Source: Nitrospirales bacterium
GTDB taxonomy: Bacteria > Nitrospirota > Nitrospiria > Nitrospirales > UBA8639
Reading direction: 5' to 3'
DNA: 64,000 bases
Assembly: GCA_965203295.1 (NCBI GenBank)
Contig: CBDBCZ010000008.1
Location: 64,001 to 128,000 of the forward strand
Shown: positions 35,313 to 48,200 of the stretch, in pieces
Layout of the letters: each line of letters begins with the position of its first letter
How positions within the stretch are numbered: position 1 is the first letter of the stretch
Translations under genes and position numbers: made by a program
Notes under the pieces: generated by a model
Told to the model about the DNA's origin: nothing
Seen by the model: the letters and a program-made list of their open reading frames with translations, nothing else
The model's database searches: none

Positions 35313-38300
35313 ATGGCTGTCCGCGGCAACTGTGATCGATGGGTCGTGATTGCGCTGTCACTCTGCCTAGTGCTAGGACCAATCAGGGCCCAGAGCTCCG
35401 TCGAAGGCAAGTTAGCCCCAGACAGAAATTTGCTACAGTTGCTACTTTGTTTTAGACGTATGCGTACACCCGACCGTTGATAACATAGTTATGGTGCAAC
35501 GTTCGGACAGTCCTAGTACTAATTTTGGCAACCAATACTGGAAATAGTCTGGCCCCGCGATTCTATACAGGGGAATGAATTAAGTCGCTGTAGTCTCAGG
35601 CTGAATTTTTTTTTTCGAGGGAAGGCGTGACATGCAGTGTCCCAAATTATAGTCAAGAAAATGCAGTAAGAGAGTAAAATTTCAGGTTGATTGTTGCAGG
35701 AAAATTCCATGCAGACAGTGTGTTAGTAGGTAGGCATAACAATGTTTTTTTGTTTTTTTTATTGGCTTTTGAGTATGATTAAATGCCTTAAATATCCTGG
35801 TCTAACTGTGCTGTACACAGCTTAAACATGGTATGTGGGGGTTGTGGCACTACAAATTACAAACAGGAAAGACACCTCTATAAAATTGCTGATTGGGTGA
35901 CTTTCAAATGTAATTGAGAACACATAATATGGAGTCAGACAGTCTATATACCATAACAAGCCTATAGATCAGTTTGGAATGGCCTACTATAATACCCGGT
36001 AGCCTACATAGTGCGATCATGATCAGATCAGTATATTCTGATTATGAGTTTATCTTGGTGGTTAAAATTACAAAGTGCACATGCAGAAACAACATCTAGA
36101 ACGATCGAAACTGAATATGTAGAATTATGTCAACGCAGGCCATGAATATTAAATACATAGCACCATGAAATATTATACCCAAATCTTCTACTAGTATGTA
36201 ATACACACACACATATATATACTCTACATAATTCCCATTCCGATTTGACTTATCCAGCGTATTAGGAAATGCCAAATTATTGACAGGTGCATGTGCATGT
36301 ACATGGCAACTGTCCACACACTATATAGTCAGTGATTTTAATTTGTCTGGCTTCCACAGGAACAAATACTAGCACTCCAAGCTGCAACGATGAGTACCTC
36401 ATTACTGTGGAAAATACAACCGAGGGAATTACAGTCAACGTACTCAACAAACACAACAACGCGTTGCAATATCAGAAATTTGAAGGTCGCTACCTTTCAT
36501 CGCAATGTGGTGACCACTATTTCCGCTGCCAAGACCTATTTGTCGTGTCTTCAACTTCTACCGTGAAGAATAAAACCATAGTTTATCACGTTGTATTCGT
36601 TCCCTTACGTGATGGAATCTTACTTCTGAAATATTTATACAATGGAGCATCACTCTCAAAAACTGACGACTATTTCCTTGAGATTAGCTTTGGTTGCAGC
36701 CCTACTTTAGTTTCTGAAATCTCAGAAAACATTTTTACGGTCTGTCTGAATGAAGAGACGCGGAATGTTACAGTACTGAGAGTATATCTGAACTCTTCAT
36801 CTCTCAAAGATTCCCACATAGGCAGACCTCTGGTAACTTTCAATGGACTTTCAAATCCACCACATCTTTCTGATTTTAAGTATGTTAACTCTGATACCAG
36901 CAATCCGAACGATCAGCAGATAATTTTTGCATCATCAAACTATTTGTACAGCTTTGCTCCGTTGTCCTATCTACACTATCCTCTCGGCCTCGTGGATAAT
37001 TGTTCTAGTCCAGAATCGCTAGTGTACTATGCACCTAATGATGAGGTACTTGTTTACTGTCGCGACGATTCTGCCGTCTATTTCAGTCTTTCTCATCCAC
37101 ACACGATTAACCAAACTGGGTATTCTAAACACGGACAGCCGTTTCTCTGCCCCAACGCTGACGTACGCATAACAGTGTTTGCCTCAGCATCCTACGTCCA
37201 GTATACCGTGTGGAGCAACAACAGTAGGGAGAACTTTAATATACATGACATGAAGTTTGATTCTGGAGTGTGTATCGGTTCAACAGAACACACACTCTTT
37301 GCATACAATGACAAGGAGAGAGGGGTGTATGTCCTTGATCCTGCTACATCTAATCTCACACACCTGTCATCGAAGGCTTGTCTGAACTCGCACTGTGAAC
37401 CATTACTGGTGTTTCAGAATAGGTACATCGTGATACGCAATCGAGAAAATAATGATGGTAATGTCATCGTTGTTGACTCACAGCAGAATTATACCACTGT
37501 GATAACCGCAGAACACGTGAAAGCAGACCTCTTGACTCTGCTGATTGAACAAGACGCTAGCTTCTGTTCAAATGCCTCTCTCAGTCCTAGTACAAACAGT
37601 TCACTGAGTCCTAGTACTCCAACACTTGCTTCGCCACCATCTGGGAAGCAGACTACAGTTTCATTGCCTGCAGTTATAGGAGGGACTATTGGTAGTTTCC
37701 TGTTCCTGATAGTGGGTTTAATAATTGTTTTCACTGTCTACGTATCATTGTGTCGAAAAAGGTGAGTGAAAGTGTTTGTATAAGGGGATGAATTTTTAAT
37801 ATTCTCGAGCACACACCTAAAAACCTGTAAAACTTCGCCACGGTGCATTACAGAAATTTATTAGCAGCTTGCATCTAAAGAACCAATGCATTGAATATAA
37901 ATTATATATAATTCTGCACTCTTTTATCTAGTCCATACCCTGTCGAAGAATCACAGAAACCTGTAGAAAATGGTAGAGCAAGACCTCTGATGGGTGGAGG
38001 GCCTCCACCACGTACGTTTCAGCCACTGAGCTGCAGTGATGCCCGCGGTGTCGACTCAGCTGAATGTAGTCCTGTGGGAAACGGTCACGTGATATCTAAC
38101 CCTGGTCTGAATGTTGAATCCCATGGTAACCCAGCATATCAACAGCTGCCAACGCCACAACATGTCTATCCATCTTCAGAGACAGCTAGCTATCAGCCTC
38201 CTCATGAAGAACAACAAAACAACCCACACACCCAAGGGAGCAGTGATGTCACCCAGCTGTAAGTCAACAAAGTTGTGTACTGACATTTAGCAGGCATTCA

Positions 38301-38886
38301 CAGTGACACCATGGCTACGTAGCATGCACTTTGAGCTATTGGCTCACAATTCATAGTAGATCAAGTGCATTCATGTCATGCACGTTGGTTTCAACACGTC
38401 ATACTAATGACGACATAACTTACCCCCTGTAGCTATGGTTCTATTGTGACACTGTGTATATAAATTTACCATAGCAACGGTACAAGTGCTCCTGTGACTG
38501 GTGACAGTGCAATCCCAAGTGAAAGTGCTGCAACTAATAATACCACACCTGAGCAAGTTCCTGGAAGTCAGCAGGCCAGTGCTTGTGCACATTCTGACAG
38601 AGAATCCTTTGAAACTTTGTGTACATCCTCTGAAACCTCCCTTCTGTATGGTGCTGCAATCGCCACATGTGTGGTACAGCCCAAACTTGAAGATAGAAGA
38701 ACTCGCGAATATGATTCAGATGATGAACTTGCCCATGGCAAAGAAAAGACTGTTCCGCCAAGAAAGTCTGTGCAGGCTAATCGACAGAAAATGAGGAGAA
38801 GGAGAGCTGAAAAAGGTGACCGTGAATGCTGTGATTATGAAAACCTTTGGAATCAAATTGTTATGGAAGAACTGGACAGAGATTAA
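35313..38886 (+). CDS. Receptor R5 (ectodomain A + TM/tail X). Exons 35313-35406 (GC donor), 36360-37761, 37932-38258, 38475-38886
   Basis: Signal MAVRGNCDRWVVIALSLCLVLG; in-phase splicing; TM LPAVIGGTIGSFLFLIVGLIIVFTVYV; tail with YPVEES, AYQQL and DYENL. Confidence 0.85.
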
Positions 38887-39054
38887 ATAACAGAGTCCCC
38901 TATTCTTACCACTCAATGATATGTTTGTGTAGTAGCTACATGTAGCTATATTACATTTTTGTCACATTCACATTATTAGTATTGCAATACAATGTGTAAG
39001 TTGTCAGTAGCTGTTTGGGAAATTGTGGTTCAAACCGTGGTATAGCTATATCAG

Positions 39055-39196
39055 TGCATTGGTTTTTGATTCCAACAGAGTAAATCCCTCTAGGGTCGCA
39101 TTCATGTTCAATGACTCGCCGCTTGAAACCAGACAACAGAAGAACAGGCCAGACAACTTCAATAACTTCTCTTTCATCTTCCTCGAGCTCGTCAAT
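39055..39196 (-). pseudogene. Remnant of an R4-like 5' end (signal exon plus start of exon 2)
   Basis: Matches ~27830-28026. ATG at 39177, donor changed from gtgagt to gcgagt, and a ~55-bp deletion removes the exon-2 acceptor. Confidence 0.8.
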
Positions 39197-39485
39197 TAGT
39201 ATAAATTGAGGTGCGCTTAATGTCGTCGCGCATCGTGCGCACTACATGTAGTCTGGAGTACTAATACCATCTGTGGTACTAGTATTGGTACCCCGGCCCT
39301 CGCGCTATAACGTGAGTTTTAGTATGACGTCATGTAAACAGTGCGTACATAATTAAAATGTTACATGTATACGTACACCGACGCGCATACCGTATAAAAG
39401 GGTACGGGTGTGGTTCACTGTACGGCGCACCAACTCCCACTCATCAACTAAAATTAAAGCTGCGCTGTCGAAAAGCAACAGGTCT

Positions 39486-42400
39486 ATGGCTGTCCGCGGC
39501 AACTGTGATCGATGGTTCGTGATTGCGCTGTCACTCTGCCTAGTGCTAGGACCAATCAGGGCCCAGAGCTCCGTCGAAGGCAAGTTAGCCCCAGACAGAA
39601 ATTTGCTACAGTTGCTACTTTGTTTTTGGACGTATGCGTACACCCAACCTTTGATAACATAGTTATGGTGCAACGTTCGGACAGTCCTAGTACTAATTTT
39701 GGCAAACAATGCTGGGAATAGTCTGGCCCCGCGATTCTATACAGGGAAATGAATTAAGTCGTTGTAGTCTCAGGCTGAAATTTTTTTTTTCGAGGGAAGG
39801 CGTGACATGCAGTGTCCCAAATTATAGTCAAGAAAATGCAGTAAGAGAGTAAAATTTCTGGTTGATTGTTGCAGGAAAATTCCATGCAGACAGTGTGTTA
39901 GTAGGTAGGCATAACAATGTTTTTTTTTATTGGCTTTTGAGTATGATTAAATGCCTTAAATATCCTGGTCTAACTGTGCTGTACACAGCTTAAACATGGT
40001 ATGTGGGGTTGTGGCACTACAAATTACAAATAGGAAAGACGCCTCTATAAAATTGCTGATTGGGTGACTTTCAGTCAGTGAGTTCAATTTGTCTGGCTTC
40101 CACAGGAGCTAATACTAGCACTCCAAGCTGCAACGATGAGTACCTCATTACTGTGGAAAATACAACCCAGGGAATTACAGTCAACGTACTCAACAAACAC
40201 AACAACGCGTTGCAATATCAGAAATTTGAAGGACGCTACCTTTCATCGCAATGTGGCGACCACTATTTCCGCTGCCAAGACCTATTTATCGTGTCTTCAA
40301 CTTCTACCGTGAAGAATAAAACCCTAGTTTATCACATTGTATTCGTTCCCTTACGTGATGGAATCTTACTTCTGAAATATTTATACAATGGAGCATCACT
40401 CTCAAAAACTGACGACTATTTCCTTGGGATTAGCTTTGGTTGCAGCCCTACTTTAGTTTCTGAAATCTCAGAAAACATTTTTACGGTCTGTCTGAATGAA
40501 GAGACACGGAATGTTACAGTACTGAGAGTATATCTGAACTCTTCATCTATCAAAGATTCCCACATAGGCAGACCTCTGGTAACTTTCAATGGACTTTCAA
40601 ATCCACCACATCTTTCTGATTTCAAGTATGTTAACTCTGATACCAGCAATCCGAACGATCAGCAGATAATTTTTGCGTCATCAAAATATTTGTACGGCTT
40701 TGCTCCGTTGTCCTATCTACACTATCCTCTCGGCCTCGTGGGTAATTGTTCCAGTCCAGAATCACTAGTGTACTATGTACCTAATGATGAGGTACTTGTT
40801 TACTGTCGCGATGATTCTGCCGTCTATTTCAGTCTTTCTCATCCGCACACGATTAACCAAACTGGGTATTCTAAACACGGACAGCCGTTTCTCTGCCCCA
40901 ACCCTGACGTACGCATAACAGTGTTTGCCTCAGCATCCTACGTCCAGTATACCGTGTGGAGCAACAACAGTAGGGAGAACTTTAATATACATGACATGAA
41001 GTTTGATTCTGGAGTGTGTATTGGCTCAACAGAACATACACTCTTTGCGTACAATGACAAAGACAAGGGAGTGTATGTCCTTGATCCTGCTACATCTAAT
41101 CTCACACACCTGTCATCGAAGGCTTGTCTGAACTCGCACTGTGAACCATTACTGGTGTTTCAGAATAGGTACATCGTGATACGTGAGCGAGAAAATAATG
41201 ATGGTAACGTCATCGTTGTTGACTCACAGCAGAATTATACCGCTGTGATAACCGCAGAACACGTGAAAGCTGACCTCCTGACTCTGCTGATTGAACAAGA
41301 CGCTAGCTTCTGTTCATTGACAAACGGTTCTCTAAGTCCTACCGGTAGTACTCCAACAGTTTCACCACCATCTGTGCCTGGGACGCAGATTGCAGGACCA
41401 GCTGCAGGAGTTAGTGTTGGGCTAGTAGTAGTACTAGTAGTGTGTTCAGTTATTGTTATCATAGTCCGCAAGAGGCGTCAAAGAAAAAAAAGGTGAGCAA
41501 ATCCCAAATACTAATGTTTACCACCTTATGACGTTTGTTGTTCCAGTTGGCAATGTGTATAGTGGTTAGTACTAGAGATTTTTCTAGCGGTTATTTTCTG
41601 CAGAAAGTATGAGCAAAAATAGTGAGTGAAACAGCATGGAGTATAAGAGAGATTTTATGAATCTACCTTATTATTACAGTGTGTTTGATGCAAATTAATT
41701 TTGGTAGAAGTGCTTCAGTATAAGATTAACTTTGTCATTTTCATACAGCCCTATGTAACAGCTTGGTCGAAAATTTATGTGCTTTGCATAAGGGAGGGTG
41801 TAAATCATCAACTTCATTATGAACTCCTCCTGTACAGCCGCTCTGTTTATAGTCAAGCAACAAGTGACATAGAGCTAGAGTCTCAGAGTAGTGAGCTGCA
41901 GAGTGATTGTAAGAGCAATGATCAGCAACAGGGTGAAGCTGAAAGACCTGTGAGAGATGGCCACGACAAAGGTGTGGCTTGTACCTCCTCTGAAGATGAT
42001 GGAAAGCCAGCATTTCAACAGCTGCCGCATGCAAACCAAGTCTACGAGGCATCTACCGCTGAAAATCCCCCTGTAAATCAACAAAATGACTCCTATACCC
42101 AAGGGAGCAGTGACGTTAACCAGTACGTAAGCCAGCACTGCATGTGTACTGATACTTAATTGTTTACATGAGCGACACCATGCATAAGAACTTTGATCTA
42201 TTGGCTAATAATTTTCATTATACACATGTATTCATGCATGCATGTACGTCATGCACTGCAGTATACACAACTTACCCCCTGCTGTTCTGTTATGACGTTC
42301 TGACAGTCTGGTTCTCATGTATCTGCTGTTAGTTGTGCTTAAAATTTAAATACACAAACTATAAACTGGAGCTTTCACCGATTGTCTAATGCTACCTATA

Positions 42401-43632
42401 TAGCATGGTTCCAGGTTGCATGATCTGAGTTTACAACATGTAACTATTATACTGTGTATACCGTACAAGGAATGATCACTGAATTATTGTTTCAGATGAT
42501 GACTACAATACAAAGTCTGCTAAGTCACATTGATTCACTGCATAATAAAAAATGTAATGATTATAGGAAAGCAGCAATTAACTACTTAAATTGCTTTTGA
42601 GAAATGGCCACACAAATTGCTGTTCTATAGGAGTGGCTGGCAAAAGAAGATCGGTGTCAGCGCAGAACGTCAGCTGGTTTCTTTTGACGTATTGGTGTGA
42701 AATAAAAAAATAACTATATACAAGTGCTTGCGCTCGCTTCACTCGCGCAACTACTTGTGTTTTTTGAACTCGCTCGCTCTGTCTACGGATAGAAAGGAAA
42801 AGTGCTTCCTCAATGTGATGTGATTATGAAACATTTAGCATCTGCCAATGACAGTAGTGCTGCTGACTTAGCCACGTGGAGGCTCTACATTCAGGCCTCA
42901 ACTCAGGCCTATTGGCTAATAATTTTCATTATACACATGTATTCATGCATGCATGTACGTCATGCACTGCAGTATGCACAACTTACCCCCTGCTGTTCTG
43001 TTATGACATTTTGCTGTAGATGCAGCACTGACAGTCCTAGTACCCCTGATCATGAGACTGGTGGTGGTGCAGCCTCAAGCAAGAGACAACAGAGTGCTGC
43101 AACGAGTAACATACATCAACAAGATTCTCGAAGTCAGCAGGCCAGGGCTTCCGTACATTCCGACAAAGAAGCTTCTGAAAAGCCCACACCCTCTGACACC
43201 TCTGGTGTTGTAATCAGTGCTACAACTGCTTCTCAACCCATAAAAGCTTCCGATAGCAAACTGACTGCAGTTGGTGATGTTTTGTCCTCAAAAGATATTT
43301 CTGGCGCTACAGCTAATGCAGCACCCGAACAAGCGTCTGGTAGCAAACAAACTGGCGTTCGTGTGAGTACCACTACACCAAATTGTGTATTCTCCCCAAA
43401 CAAGCCCGATGGACTCAATCAAAACACATATCTTCCTAGTGCTGAAAGCGACTTGTTCAGGCATGATAAAGAATGGTTGTTACAACCAAAATCTGAAGAG
43501 AGTAAAGACCATGAATGCGAGTCATGTGATGAACATGTACCAGGGAGATGTAATGTAGTTCTATCGAGAAAGTCTCCTAAGCAGGAAAAAAAGCAAAAGA
43601 GAGCAGAAGGGGGCAACTATAAGCAACTATAA
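39486..43632 (+). CDS. Receptor R6 (ectodomain A + TM/tail Y). Exons 39486-39579 (GC donor), 40106-41492, 41838-42122, ~43020-43632
   Basis: Ectodomain nearly identical to R5; TM IAGPAAGVSVGLVVVLVVCSVIVIIV then RKRRQRKKR; ends GGNYKQL*. Confidence 0.82.
42721..42907 (-). mobile_element. Truncated Helitron-like copy 3 (3' hairpin end only)
   Basis: caagtgcttgcgctcgcttcactcgcgcaactacttg...gaactcgctcgctct matches the ends of copies 1 and 2. Confidence 0.6.
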
Positions 43633-45293
43633 ACAAAATCTTATGGACCGTAACAACTGACAACCAGCAAAAGACTTATACTCAATGTGTTGTGACTCCC
43701 CATAGTAGACTAGCTACGTAATGCAGTAGTGATCTGTTATACGTCACCTACATGTACAGAGTTATACTTTAAATGTGATGTCAGTGACTGCTTGGTGAAA
43801 TTGTCTTGTAAATTATACCATTTTTTATTATTAAAATTTTGTATTAATTCAAATGGGCTGCATGGACGTCGTTACAAATGTATACTTGACTATTTTATTT
43901 TCAGCCACTGTAACAAAACATGTATACAACTGTCATTAACTTCATCATGTCCTTATAGCCACCTACATCATATCTCCTGTCTGTGAACGTCTGGAGGGTA
44001 AGGCTGGGGAGCTATCTGGGGTACAGCCATGCAGCTTGCATGACGTTGTGACTGCCCCCTCCCAAATGCTTGGGTAGATGCCCTGTGGGCTTCTGGCCCA
44101 TGATGCATCTCCCCCAGCCTTGTCACATTGAATGCCTGTCACTTACATGTATAACTGTGCCTCCAATGGAGAAAAAGGTTTTTTTTTCACCATTTGCTAG
44201 TTTTATTCTAGTATTATATATGCAAACATTTAATTTGTAGCTACTTATTTTTCTTAAAATCTCAGACATGTGCTAGGGGGGGAAGGCGGGAGCGAAAAGT
44301 CAAGTCTGTCAGGGTCGAGGTTGTGCCAGCCCACCAATTTCAAGTGGCACGTGCATCCCACCTGCATGCTATTCTCCGCCCCCATCCCCACCTTCTTCAG
44401 TTAGCTTGCTTTAACTATAGTTAAAGTTTATTATAATAATAATAATATGCATGCATATATGCAATAACAATTAAATTCCATAAATGGTAATTATACATGA
44501 CACAATGAATTCTGATAACAGCAGAGTGCATGGAGTGAGTCATCTTATGAATATCAGTCCACTACACATGTACAGAGAACCTGTTTACAGTAGTTTGCAA
44601 TGCTCCAGTACAGATGTATTGCTGTACATGCACATAATAATGCCTCACGGTTGTTGATAATGAGCCCTCGATAGTACACTAGGAAAAAAGAGTGGAACTA
44701 TAGTATATTACAGCCATGCTGAATATATATACCTCTAGCTACTATCATATACTTGTACTTGCATCTCATGTAGCTACATACAATAACATGGTACTTGAAG
44801 ACTGTTTGAAATTGCATAAGCAGTTTTGTGACACAAGCATGGACTTTATTATATAGCTGTGTTTGTTTATAGTTGCTTTTATGAAACTGGAACTACACTC
44901 CAGTGTCGGAATTACCCCCGGGGTTAATCGGAATTACCTTAGTTCACACTATTACTGATCGTCTGGCCCGCGAGACTACGGTTGATTGTCTCCGCTGACT
45001 TCATACGCACTTCTCTTAGAACCACCCCTTCTCTTCCGTCACTTTATGTTTTCTGTAGCTATTCCTTATCGCCCTCTCTCAGACTGTTGACTTGTACTTA
45101 GCCTAGTTCTCAGTGACCCAGTCCGTCTATGTGAAGGCTGTGCATATTTGCTGTACAGAGTTGAGTTACACAGTTGCAGGAACGCCTCGCAGCTATATAA
45201 GGACTCCGCAGCTAAACGTAATATCTGTCTATCTAGGTGGGGTTTGTTATACTAACCATTCAAATTGCAACTAACTAGTAACTGCTGGTCACT

Positions 45294-48200
45294 ATGGCCG
45301 CTCAAGGCCGGCGTATTGACTGGGTCTGGATCGTGCTATCCTGCTGCGTAGTGCTAGTGCTGGGACCACGGCGAACACATACCCAGATCACCGAAGGTCA
45401 GTTGAGTTTAATAGACTCTGGCATGTCCTGGGAGGATAAATTTAGAGGGGCGACATCCTGTATATGTCCTACTACCATTTCCGCTCTAATCGTGGGGTTA
45501 GGGGGTTTACTGCTATTCTGAGTAGCTCCCTATCTTCTGTTCTCTCTTGCCTATCATTGGCTCTCACCTGTCGGTCATCAGCTCTGCGAAACCACCTGGG
45601 CCTGAGATCACGAGATTACCTGGCCTGCACTAGTCTAGTCTTGCAAGCCAGCCCCCGTACGCAAAAGATGGGATGTGGTCTGCGAACACGTTAACTGACG
45701 TTGTGGTGATGTTCTGCTGATTGCGCTTCGATTATGATATGAGGTTAATTGCAGATCTTTATCACATGATCAGTTAATAGCCTACTTTGTAATTATTGCT
45801 GAGGTAAGCAGGTATAGTTCTAGATCTAAGATCCAAAGATGCTACAAGAAAGGACCAAGTGGTGTGCAGCAGCAGTGAATGAAGCCACCAAGAGTGCTGT
45901 TGTAATGTCTTTACTAGCGCATATGTGTATCATACAGGGAGCCTACTGTCAAAATGCATGGATGGCATGCACGACGCCATGCCTCATTTGAGACATCAAA
46001 CAGTTGAATCTCATACATTCCTTCATCTAGCTAATAGCATGGAAAGCTGTCCAAGCTCACTTCTCCCCATGGGACTACTATCACAGCACAATGCACAATC
46101 TCTTCCTTTCAATTATGCCTCGACGCAACCACACTCCTCTGTTCAGACTGTAGCTGTAAGCTTTCGTCAGTGTGGCAGAACAGACCGCTGAAGAACATAG
46201 TCTTGGGGAAGCTTTTGCATCACTTTTTGAAGATTTGCAGAGAGAGAAGAGAGGAGATGGTTGATATAAGTATTATACTTTCCATACGTATATGATTCCA
46301 TAGGGCAAATCTTGCAAAATGGACTTGGGAGGGAGTTCATGCATACAGTTAAAGCTCCATTCTACCACAGTTTATAGGGTAGTAGACATGCTTTGTGCTT
46401 GCACCTTTCCAAATGTTGAAGTCAAAATACACAATTCTTTTATGGTTCTCCTCAAACAGTATGGACTACACAATGCCATAGTTGTGGCTACAGTAGCATT
46501 TGGAATGCGATAAGAATGAGTAGAGATGTTAAAGAGTGTAATTCACTAGGGACCACTGTTTGACATTATACAAACGTAAGTTTGGAAGTGCTAGTAGGTG
46601 GAAAACGCAATGAAATCATTGTACAAACGCAGGGAAGTATTTCTGCCAAAACTCCTACATTTGTGAGTGTTTGTCAGTTTGCCTACCAGATGCCTTGCTG
46701 TTGACATTCTATGAGCAAGTGGAATGTTAGCCTGGTACCCAGACCCCCTACTCACATAAAAAAGGCGAGTAGTGGATCTGGGCCCAGGCTCCACTGCGCA
46801 GCTTTTTTCACATATTAGACTGCTTATGAGCAGTAGAGCCTGGGAACCAGGCTATATAGCTCTGGGCACAAGAATAGTGGAAGGTTGATTGTTATTGAAG
46901 TGCAATTGCCCTTTTAGTGTGGGCATGAGACTGTTGCCTTTATACTCCTGGTAGCACTTTCAAGGATTCTGTTTTCAATAGCCAGAAAGCAACATTAAGA
47001 GTCCTAGCAACCAGCTGCCCTATAAGGTAACGTATGTTTATGCCTTATTTGGGTGTAGGGCTGAGCCTATAATGCTCAAAAAAGTACCTATTATGCTATG
47101 CTGCACTGCTCCAAAAATCTTCCTATTATGCTCAACAAATGACCCTATTATGCTCAAATTATGCTCAATAATTGTGACCCTCATAGCGAAAACCAGCCAT
47201 CTGGACTGTTTTACAACTTCAAGTATGCGTAGGTGGTGCGTATTTTCATAATTTCTAGTATGTTCGCAACTATTGGACCACTCCCCGACAAGGTTGGTGG
47301 TAGCTTGCTGAGTTTCCGCTACACATTGATCAAATAACGTAATTTCCCCAAGGAATCTACCTATTATGCTCGCATTATGCTCAATGCTTTTGCGGACCTA
47401 TTATGCTCATTTAATGCCGGTATAATCGGCTCACCCCTATTTGGGTGCCCAGATCTGTGGAGATTGGCAAATGATGCTTAGCAACATTAGTGTCATGGTG
47501 CATGACCACCCGAAAGGGTCTTTTCACAGGTAGCAAACAAACATGTGGTCAATAAAGTGCCACACCAACAGGGGGGGGAACAATACAGGGTTTCCACACT
47601 GCGCGAGTGCTTATCTCACTTCCCACTCGACAAATACCTCAACTTGGGAGTGTATGTATACTGTCGTTGCCAATATACCAGGGTGCTTACAATCATGGGG
47701 TACTTTACGATGCAGTCTGTGAACTAAAGGTAAACCCACTGACAAAATTTGGGGCAATGTGAAGATCCTAGTGGAAAGTTCGCAGCATGTAACCTTCGAT
47801 GGCTAGTTGTATAAGTTATAGTTTTAGCACAGTTTTCAGGGATTTATGGCAGTAAACGAACAGAGTCCGAGGGCGATAGGACGAGGTTTGTTTACGTAGC
47901 CATAAATCCCTGACATCTGTACTGTAACCATCTGATTAGTCAGTCCATGGGGGCCACGAACTATAGCAATGCTAGCACGTAGCAACGATTCCCATTCTGG
48001 CTTTATAATGGAAGAAGCTGAGGCCGCTAGTCCTTACTCGCCATCTTGCCTCGGTATGTGCGATTGGACCCTGTCCAGGGGTTAATTTAGAGCTCCTCCC
48101 CCCGGAAGACAGTATTGAGCCCCTCCCATCCGCTTCTTTGAAGCAGCCCCTTCTACCCCAACGTTTTGACATAAGGACAAGCGGCCTCAGCTTCCTCCAT

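Noticed and set aside
44907..44938. Two cggaattacc motifs upstream of R7, and GGAAAATTCC in R5/R6 intron 1, as extra Rel sites
   Set aside because: They fit the kappaB consensus imperfectly, and the R7 motifs are not seen upstream of R8; too weak to call.
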